Source: a virus
Direction: 5' to 3' (one strand)
Virus record (IMG/VR): IMGVR_UViG_3300009488_000003
DNA length: 51,836 bases
Shown here: in pieces, positions 1 to 5,285 of the stretch
How positions within the stretch are numbered: position 1 is the stretch's first letter
Layout: each line of letters begins with the position of its first letter
Notes under the pieces: generated by a model
Seen by the model: only the letters and a program-made list of their open reading frames with translations
Told to the model about the DNA's origin: nothing
The model's database searches: none
Position numbers and translations under genes: made by a program

Positions 1-123
1 CTTGCTCATGCTCAGCTCCAAACCTGTTTCGCCAGGAACCAGATCACCAGCCCGACCGCGACCGCTATCACGCCGAGCTTGCCGAGTAGCTTCATGCCGC
101 AATACCATTCCCAGGTCGCACGC
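1..123. repeat. Terminal overlap / direct terminal repeat, identical to 51714..51836
   Basis: All 123 nt match the last 123 nt of the window. The genome is therefore circularly closed or terminally redundant. Confidence 0.95.
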
Positions 124-182
124 GAGCAGCCGTGGGTGTCCTCCCGGCTGTCGTCGAGGAGGATGCGTTCGTCGTTGGTCAT
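12..182 (-). CDS. small membrane-anchored protein (56 aa)
   Basis: ATG at 182 follows GGTGG. C-terminal hydrophobic helix LGKLGVIAVAVGLVIWFL. Its 3' part is repeated in the terminal overlap. Confidence 0.55.
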   Translation of the reverse strand: MTNDERILLDDSREDTHGCSRATWEWYCGMKLLGKLGVIAVAVGLVIWFLAKQVWS

Positions 183-184
183 AG

Positions 185-226
185 CTACCACCAATCGGGA
201 TGGTCGTCGTCGCCGCCGATGTTCAT
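185..226 (-). CDS. 13-codon upstream mini-ORF MNIGGDDDHPDWW
   Basis: Preceded by GAGGTGACGCC-ATG, the ribosome-binding context reused by several genes here. Its stop lies 2 nt before the next ATG. Confidence 0.3.
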   Translation of the reverse strand: MNIGGDDDHPDWW

Positions 227-319
227 GGCGTCACCTCAAGCGCCCGCCCGCCGGCCGTGAAAGGCGGCAACCAGACTGACCGGCGGGACGGGCTCGAACA
301 CGAGGAGGAGAGAGAGAAG

Positions 320-331
320 GATGCGGCGGGC
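320..331 (-). promoter_or_regulatory. copy of GCCCGCCGCAYC element
   Basis: The minus strand reads GCCCGCCGCATC followed by a pyrimidine tract. The same core occurs at 36745, 47417 and 47651. Confidence 0.4.
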
Positions 332-447
332 AGCGCACGCTAACGGCATTGCGTGCGCTATTCGGCTGTAAGCTCCCACGGGTTGCGGACCCGCTTAGCC
401 GTAGACCTCCTTGACCGAACGTGTTACCGACACGCGCCCGCCGCAAA

Positions 448-559
448 TGCACCAGGCCGGTCCTGCCCCGGCTCCGCGCCTCTTTGGTATAGTCGTTGGC
501 CGCTAAGCCCCGTTGCTGTACGCGTTCCTTGCGTGTCATCTTCGCCACGCCGCTGGTGC
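448..559 (-). ncRNA. tRNA-like structured RNA, element A (112 nt)
   Basis: 5' GCACCAG (559-553) pairs with CTGGTGC (455-449). That 3' strand directly follows hairpin GCCGG-GGCAGGA-CCGGC (472-456). A second stem is GCGTG..CACGC. No cloverleaf forms. Confidence 0.5.
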
Positions 560-564
560 ACCAT

Positions 565-852
565 CTACTGATACCGTTTACCGGTTTCAGCAGCATCGTA
601 TCTTTTACGCCAATTACAATTGGCACAGAGAACTTGTAGTCGTTTGAAGTCCGGCTTTTTCGCGATTTCCAAGTATTTCGTAATCGTGCCCGTGTTGCGT
701 GCATCACGCCGTTCTTTTGATCCACCTCCTCTGATGTGGTCAATCTGAAGCACGCGCCAGTCTGTCTCGCCGCAATGTGCACAATGTCCACCAAGAGCAG
801 TAAGCGCTGCTTGCCGTGTCCGTATCCGATATGTCTGTGTCTGTTTTGCCAT
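565..852 (-). CDS. HNH endonuclease (95 aa)
   Basis: CAHCG..LQIDHI..N..CANCN is the CxxC / D-H / N / CxxC HNH zinc-finger pattern. Confidence 0.85.
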   Translation of the reverse strand: MAKQTQTYRIRTRQAALTALGGHCAHCGETDWRVLQIDHIRGGGSKERRDARNTGTITKYLEIAKKPDFKRLQVLCANCNWRKRYDAAETGKRYQ

Positions 853-858
853 GCCCTA

Positions 859-886
859 ACTGTAGCGTGTCGCCGCGACACGTCAA
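859..886 (-). promoter_or_regulatory. sigma70-like promoter for the HNH ORF (near-leaderless)
   Basis: The minus strand reads TTGACG (886-881), a 16-nt spacer, then TACAGT (864-859). Only 6 nt separate it from the ATG at 852. Confidence 0.4.
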
Positions 887-1017
887 GCTCGCCACGCCGC
901 TGGTGCAAAGAAGATGCGGTGGACCAACCGGACGCAGTTGCCAGGGGCGACCTGACAGCCCGGCTCGGCGCGGTCGGCCAGCAGGAGCCTTCACCGCTAC
1001 GTTTCCGCCACCGCAAC

Positions 1018-1164
1018 CGCACCAGGCCGGATTCGAACCGGCATCTCTGCGTCCGGCAGGCAAAGGCGGGGATGGTTACCCGCTTGCTTCCCTTCATCGG
1101 CCGACTCGGTATCGCTCCATTGCGTTGCCTTCCGCAGCGTGATAGGCCGTCACACCGCTGGTGC
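1018..1164 (-). ncRNA. tRNA-like structured RNA, element C (147 nt)
   Basis: GCACCAG (1164-1158) pairs with CTGGTGC (1025-1019). That strand is adjacent to GCCGG-TTCGAAT-CCGGC (1042-1026), a consensus T-arm. The stem GTGTGA..TCACGC contains a U:G pair that is valid only on the minus strand. Confidence 0.55.
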
Positions 1165-1174
1165 AAAGAAGAGA

Positions 1175-1252
1175 CGCCCGGCACGGCACGTTGGGTTCGA
1201 ACATCAGGAGGGGTGCTAGGCTGGGTAGGCCACAGCAAAGCCGTGCCGGGCG
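1175..1252 (-). other. 78-nt hairpin with a perfect 13-bp stem
   Basis: cgcccggcacggc (1175-1187) is the exact reverse complement of 1240-1252. It lies between the preceding CDS and element C. Confidence 0.6.
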
Positions 1253-1295
1253 AGGGATTGCTCAGAGAATGGCGAATCATTCTCGATTCCTCGGT

Positions 1296-1502
1296 TCAGG
1301 TCGTCGATGGGCTTGTATAGCCAGTGCCCTTGTCGCCCCCTACAACCTTGCCCTGCTGGGCGATGAAGGCCCGCAGGATGAACTCGAACATCACCGGCTG
1401 TGTCCATTTGTACTGGCGGCATAGTTCGTCGAACGCCTGCTTGTCCGCCTCCTCGGCCATTACGACCTTGGTAGGCCGTGGCTCACCTTTTTCGCGTCCC
1501 AT
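1296..1502 (-). CDS. hypothetical protein (68 aa)
   Basis: AGGAG lies 7 nt before the ATG at 1502. The ORF is followed by hairpin GAGAATG..CATTCTC. Confidence 0.55.
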   Translation of the reverse strand: MGREKGEPRPTKVVMAEEADKQAFDELCRQYKWTQPVMFEFILRAFIAQQGKVVGGDKGTGYTSPSTT

Positions 1503-1544
1503 GTTACACTCCTGCAAAGACCTTATCACGCGTTGCTAGCGGTG

Positions 1545-1820
1545 TCAAGGGCGTTCGGGAATCTTTTTTGCTTCTGCCTTGGCGAGAATACGTGCGACGG
1601 CTTGTTTGCCGATTGCGGCTTCGCTGATCCTCAGGAGGCTGTCGTAGTTGAGCTGCTCGGGCGCGAACCGCCAGCGGGCAACGCAGAGCGGGCAGGCGCC
1701 ATAACTGGTGACACAGTCGCAGAAGTCCAGGTCCGCGTCTAGGAGCATCCGGTACATCGCGTCGGCGACTTTCCAGAGCTGCTCGTATTCGGCCGCTAGC
1801 TCGATCATCGTGGTCGGCAC
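1545..1820 (-). CDS. hypothetical protein (91 aa)
   Basis: GTG start inside the reused junction GAGTAGCCGTGCC. The composition is protein-like. Confidence 0.6.
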   Translation of the reverse strand: MPTTMIELAAEYEQLWKVADAMYRMLLDADLDFCDCVTSYGACPLCVARWRFAPEQLNYDSLLRISEAAIGKQAVARILAKAEAKKIPERP

Positions 1821-1822
1821 GG

Positions 1823-1936
1823 CTACTCGTCCCCCACTCCCAACATAGCTAATATGAGCATAAACGCGATTATTAGGATGATCCAGCCGACAAAATCTAA
1901 GGGCGCGTTAGTAGTTGACCTTCCAGGTTTGGGCAC
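1823..1936 (-). CDS. small membrane peptide (37 aa)
   Basis: GTG start in the second GAGTAGCCGTGCC junction. Hydrophobic core WIILIIAFMLILAMLGV. It is below the ORF-track length cutoff. Confidence 0.45.
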   Translation of the reverse strand: MPKPGRSTTNAPLDFVGWIILIIAFMLILAMLGVGDE

Positions 1937-1938
1937 GG

Positions 1939-2172
1939 CTACTCCTCCAGCAAGGCCAGGGCGGCGCGGGCGGCTTCTAGGCAGACGTGACTATGGGGAG
2001 GTCCGGGAGAGTGCTCAGCTTCCTGTAGCAGGTCTCTGCACGCATCCGCCAACTTCGGCGCCGCCTTGAACAGGCGGGCGAGGTCGCAGGGTAGGTGATC
2101 TATATGAATCATGCCGCATTCATCCGAGGAACCGGACCCCCATAGCTGCTCGGGTATCGGCGTGTGTTTCAC
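1939..2172 (-). CDS. hypothetical protein (77 aa)
   Basis: GTG start overlaps the upstream stop (GTGA). The N-terminus MKHTP is shared with the upstream gene. Confidence 0.55.
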   Translation of the reverse strand: MKHTPIPEQLWGSGSSDECGMIHIDHLPCDLARLFKAAPKLADACRDLLQEAEHSPGPPHSHVCLEAARAALALLEE

Positions 2173-2333
2173 GGTTTCACCTCCAGGCGTAGCTTGAGTT
2201 CCACGCTAGCCAGTACGGCCCTGGTGCGATTCATTCCGGCGTACTCAGCCAGTAAACCCTCTGCACTCATATTCTTGAACTCTTCGTAGGCGTTGGGTAT
2301 CTTCGTCGCTTGCTTCCGCGGCGTGTGTTTCAT
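2169..2333 (-). CDS. hypothetical protein (54 aa)
   Basis: ACACAGGAG lies 9 nt before the ATG. Hand translation gives MKHTPRKQATK...LEVKP. It is below the ORF-track cutoff. Confidence 0.5.
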   Translation of the reverse strand: MKHTPRKQATKIPNAYEEFKNMSAEGLLAEYAGMNRTRAVLASVELKLRLEVKP

Positions 2334-2405
2334 TGGTCTAGCTCCTGTGTTCGCGGCCGGACTGCCCGGCGGCTCCCACGACCAGGCGCTCCCGCGGGGG
2401 TCGGA

Positions 2406-2612
2406 TCAGTCTTTTGGTCTACGGCCAGTCACCCAAACGCGGCCGATCTTGTTTCCGTTCGCGTCGAACAGATAGTTGCTTACGCCCGGACTCGGCATGT
2501 TGCCGTAGTCTAGGTCGGCAGCAACCTTGGCGAGGATACGGCCTACTTCCGTACACTCGGTTCGACTAAATGCAGCGTTCACCATTTCGATTTCAACGTG
2601 TAGCTTTCGCAT
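2406..2612 (-). CDS. hypothetical protein (68 aa)
   Basis: ACACAGGAG lies before the ATG at 2612. Confidence 0.6.
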   Translation of the reverse strand: MRKLHVEIEMVNAAFSRTECTEVGRILAKVAADLDYGNMPSPGVSNYLFDANGNKIGRVWVTGRRPKD

Positions 2613-2652
2613 AGCTCGTCTCCTGTGTTCGGTTATCAGACTCTAAGGCGTC

Positions 2653-2671
2653 GGCGGGAATCGAACCCGCC
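2653..2671 (-). other. T-loop-like hairpin GGCGGG-TTCGATT-CCCGCC
   Basis: 6-bp stem with a 7-nt loop that matches the tRNA T-loop consensus. It lies in a 68-nt intergenic gap and no 5' acceptor partner is present. Confidence 0.5.
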
Positions 2672-2680
2672 TGGGGCCGG

Positions 2681-2899
2681 CTAGGCGGCGGCTTTGGCGA
2701 TTGCGGCACGAGCCTGGGCTTTGGTGCGGAAAACGCAGCCTAGAGGATCGCCACCATACGCACGGCCGTACACGATGTAGCCTCGCTCTGTGCGACCCTG
2801 CAACGTGGTAACTGTCTGCGGTTCGGGCTCGACCGCGAGCGTGTCGCCGTAGACCTCGACGGCTCGTGTCAACGCTCGATTCTGAGCGGCGGTTACCAT
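2681..2899 (-). CDS. hypothetical protein (72 aa)
   Basis: GGGAG lies before the internal ATG at 2899, within ORF 2681..2977. Confidence 0.55.
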   Translation of the reverse strand: MVTAAQNRALTRAVEVYGDTLAVEPEPQTVTTLQGRTERGYIVYGRAYGGDPLGCVFRTKAQARAAIAKAAA

Positions 2900-2931
2900 A
2901 GCTGTTCTCCCTCGCCCCCGTGTTATCAGAC

Positions 2932-3174
2932 CTAGGCTAACACGTCTTGGGCGATACGTTGCAGCTTGCCCGGCCACGTGCCGCCAGCGAATTCCTTACT
3001 GCGAGCGATGGTTCGCAACGCTTGTTTCAGGTCGTGTTCCCGCTTGCAACACTCGCGGTACAGCCGTTCGATCGTGGCCGCCTTATCTACTAGGTCGTCG
3101 TCCGAGATGTCCGGCGGCACGTTGAGCGTGTCGCACAGCCGATACCACGCTTGCTCATTTATTGGCCTTGCCAT
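2932..3174 (-). CDS. hypothetical protein (80 aa)
   Basis: CACAGGAG lies before the ATG at 3174, which is Met30 of ORF 2932..3261. Confidence 0.6.
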   Translation of the reverse strand: MARPINEQAWYRLCDTLNVPPDISDDDLVDKAATIERLYRECCKREHDLKQALRTIARSKEFAGGTWPGKLQRIAQDVLA

Positions 3175-3182
3175 AATCCCTT

Positions 3183-3206
3183 CTCCTGTGTCAGAACCCT
3201 GATACC
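3183..3206 (-). promoter_or_regulatory. intergenic leader repeat GGTATCAGGGTTCTGACACAGGAG
   Basis: It starts directly after the upstream TAG and ends in the Shine-Dalgarno sequence of the next gene. Close copies are at 3381 and 3595. Confidence 0.55.
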
Positions 3207-3373
3207 TATGACTCGAGCAAGGAACGTGCCAGCCCAACACGGTACGGTTCAAGCCCCGCACGCTCCGCCTTGCTGCGTGCTTCGAGTCTCGAGATCGCCC
3301 AGGTGTAGTAAGGCCGAGATCGGCCGTGGCAGTAAACCCGCCAGCGCTTCAAGCTGTGACCCTGCCATTCCAT
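3206..3373 (-). CDS. hypothetical protein (55 aa)
   Basis: Hand translation gives MEWQGHSLKRW...SLLES. It is preceded by the leader repeat and is below the ORF-track cutoff. Confidence 0.45.
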   Translation of the reverse strand: MEWQGHSLKRWRVYCHGRSRPYYTWAISRLEARSKAERAGLEPYRVGLARSLLES

Positions 3374-3380
3374 CGTGCTA

Positions 3381-3405
3381 CTTCCGTGTCAGAACCCTGA
3401 TACCC
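3381..3405 (-). promoter_or_regulatory. intergenic leader repeat GGGTATCAGGGTTCTGACACGGAAG
   Basis: Second copy. It again abuts the upstream TAG stop codon. Confidence 0.55.
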
Positions 3406-3587
3406 TATGCCAAGCCGACGCCCCGCAGCCACACTCGGCGGGACTGCCGGCGATTCTCGCGGATTGCCCAAGCCAACGCGCGACGTTGAGTGCTGTGGAT
3501 CGCACCGATCGGTGGACGCGGAACGCTCTTGCCGATGCAAACCAGCGCCCAGCGAATTCGGGCAAGACTGAATAGTTCGTTGACCAT
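3405..3587 (-). CDS. hypothetical protein (60 aa)
   Basis: GGGAG lies 7 nt before the ATG at 3587, which is Met20 of ORF 3405..3644. Confidence 0.5.
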   Translation of the reverse strand: MVNELFSLARIRWALVCIGKSVPRPPIGAIHSTQRRALAWAIRENRRQSRRVWLRGVGLA

Positions 3588-3594
3588 GATGATA

Positions 3595-3616
3595 CTCCCG
3601 TGAGAACCCTGAAACC
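3595..3616 (-). promoter_or_regulatory. intergenic leader repeat GGTTTCAGGGTTCTCACGGGAG
   Basis: Third copy, positioned just downstream of the -10 box of the 3627-3654 promoter. Confidence 0.5.
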
Positions 3617-3626
3617 TTACACGTGG

Positions 3627-3654
3627 AGCATAACACACCTGCAAGCGTTGTCAA
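3627..3654 (-). promoter_or_regulatory. sigma70-like early promoter
   Basis: The minus strand reads TTGACA (3654-3649), 16 nt, then TATGCT (3632-3627). The 18-nt core TCCCCTTGACAACGCTTG is also present at 33295 on the plus strand. Confidence 0.6.
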
Positions 3655-3771
3655 GGGGAAGTGAGAATTATCTTGCAGACCCATACATACTATATTGGCA
3701 TGGCTCGAGCCGGTGACGTCGGGCTCGGTGACCGATACTTGCCGGCGCTGGAAAGCGTCAGCAAAGCGGGG

Positions 3772-4128
3772 TCAATCGGCCATGATAGCTCGCCAGCGCT
3801 TCTCACGCTCGTGCTCCGATGTCCGTGGTCGCTCAGGCAGCTTGTTGTTGAAGCGCCTGATGTAGCTGCGTGCTCGAGGCTTGTCGCTCGGCGGCCGTTT
3901 CTTCGCGGGTAGAGCTCCGTGGGCTACTCTGTGGCAACGTCGACAGAGCAATCGCAGGTCGCCGAGCTCCTCCTGGAATATCCGCTCGTAGGTCACGTGG
4001 TGGACGTTCATGCGCCTCAAGCGTCGATGACAGGCCTCGCAGAAGCCGCCAGCACGCTTGACGACCCGCTGGCACAGCCTACGCCACTGGGGCGAGCGTA
4101 GGTACATCTTGTAGCTTGAAGAGATCAT
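3772..4128 (-). CDS. HNH endonuclease-like protein (118 aa)
   Basis: CEAC..HHVTY..CRRCH pattern. It sits next to the packaging genes, as in many phages. Confidence 0.75.
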   Translation of the reverse strand: MISSSYKMYLRSPQWRRLCQRVVKRAGGFCEACHRRLRRMNVHHVTYERIFQEELGDLRLLCRRCHRVAHGALPAKKRPPSDKPRARSYIRRFNNKLPERPRTSEHEREKRWRAIMAD

Positions 4129-4254
4129 AGAACGAACTCGAACGCATAGGCGCTAGCGGTTGAATCGCGGTTTGTCAAGTGGGTAAAGATTGCCCACCCC
4201 ATTGCAGAATGCACGACCGATAACATGGTAGGTGGGCACTCAGTCCCCACCCGC

Positions 4255-4303
4255 ACAATGGGTAAGATGAAATCAATGTCGACGTGGTACAATGGGTAAG
4301 ATG
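4255..4303 (+). promoter_or_regulatory. two perfect 15-bp direct repeats ACAATGGGTAAGATG in the divergent control region
   Basis: Copies at 4255-4269 and 4289-4303, with a degenerate third copy at 4178-4192. The second copy contains TGgTACAAT, which looks like an extended -10 box. Confidence 0.5.
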
Positions 4304-4583
4304 GGATATCACCCCATGTCGTGGCACGGGCTTGATTCTGGGCTCGAGCAGCCCCCAGCGAGGCAGGGTGGGACGATCGGCACCTATCGCCCCACTGTGC
4401 ACGTGCTTTAACGTGCGTTTACAGCAGCATTTACAGCAGTCTACGGCCGTATGGGACCCAATCGTGCACCGATTCCCGAAAGGCCCCCCGGGCCTCGAGG
4501 CCGCCGTACCCTACGTATATCCCCTCCCCGCCTCTGTTGCAACCAAGGGGATTTCGTGGTAGGGTGGGGCGTAGGAGCTTCTC

Positions 4584-5285
4584 ATGCCCTTTGGCCGTCG
4601 AGATCCTGGCGACTTTCGGATACAGAGCAAGACGGCGATACGGTTTTTGCGTGAGGGTCGGCTGGAGGAGTATGAGGAGGCACGTCGGGGGCTGGCGTGT
4701 GAGGGGATCACGAGCGGGGCTCAGTTGAAGAAGCGCATCGACGAGATGCTCCCGCCCTTGACGGAGGAGGAGATTCTGGAGCGTCAGTTGGCGGGTACGG
4801 CTCCGAGCGAGGCGGAGGTTGAGGAGCGGGTGGGCCGTGACGTACAGGCGAACATAGAGGCACGGTCGAAGCCGGCGGAGGGTCGGCAACAGCCGAAGCC
4901 TGCGGAGCCCGCGGCATTTCGGCTTTACCGTCGGGAGCGGTTCAAGACGGCCGCGCAGCAGCTCAGTGCTGCCAAGGAGGTTGAGTGGGTGAAGAACCAC
5001 TTGGCGATCAGCGATGTGGGGCCTGAGGATGCCCCGAGCCCCGGTGCGTGGGCGATGCTCGAGAGTTACCGGCGGACCCCGCACGCCCGGCAGTACTTCT
5101 GGGAGAAGATTTACGCGGGGATGCTGCCCCGCCGGCAGGAAATAGAGGCTCAGGAGCGGTTCCGGGATGACGGGCGCAAGCTGGACGACATGGCAGACGG
5201 GGTGAAGAAGATGGCGGACTTGGCGGTCGAACGGGCGAAGGAGCAGTGGGAACGGCTGGAGGCTCAGGCAAGGGGAAAACCATGA
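4584..5285 (+). CDS. hypothetical protein, candidate small terminase by position (233 aa)
   Basis: First gene of the plus-strand operon. It is charged and helical, and its stop overlaps the next start (ATGA). Confidence 0.5.
   Translation: MPFGRRDPGDFRIQSKTAIRFLREGRLEEYEEARRGLACEGITSGAQLKKRIDEMLPPLTEEEILERQLAGTAPSEAEVEERVGRDVQANIEARSKPAEGRQQPKPAEPAAFRLYRRERFKTAAQQLSAAKEVEWVKNHLAISDVGPEDAPSPGAWAMLESYRRTPHARQYFWEKIYAGMLPRRQEIEAQERFRDDGRKLDDMADGVKKMADLAVERAKEQWERLEAQARGKP

Larger units (their letters stand above)
542..907 (-). mobile_element. free-standing HNH endonuclease cassette bounded by 19-bp direct repeats
   Basis: tcgccacgccgctggtgca occurs at 542-560 and again at 889-907, 347 bp apart. 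The repeats enclose only a promoter-like site and the HNH ORF. Confidence 0.45.

Noticed and set aside
1018-1042. Canonical tRNA genes at the T-arm-like hairpins (1026-1042, 2653-2671, 44881-44897)
   Set aside because: For each I looked for a 7-nt acceptor partner 60-90 nt upstream and for D and anticodon arms. None forms a cloverleaf. Only 1018-1164 and 448-559 have acceptor partners, and these lie 112-147 nt away.
231-1280. 349-aa minus-strand ORF spanning the structured region and the HNH gene
   Set aside because: It overlaps the clearly real HNH ORF in another frame. It is rich in Arg, Ser, Pro and Gly and has no ribosome-binding site. A stop-poor frame is expected by chance in GC-rich structured RNA.
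195-1295. Group I intron carrying the HNH ORF, or a tmRNA
   Set aside because: No interrupted host gene flanks the region. I could not find P/Q/R/S-like core elements or a tag-peptide reading frame. Acceptor identity (third pair A-U, no G:U) does not fit tmRNA. This remains open to a covariance-model search.
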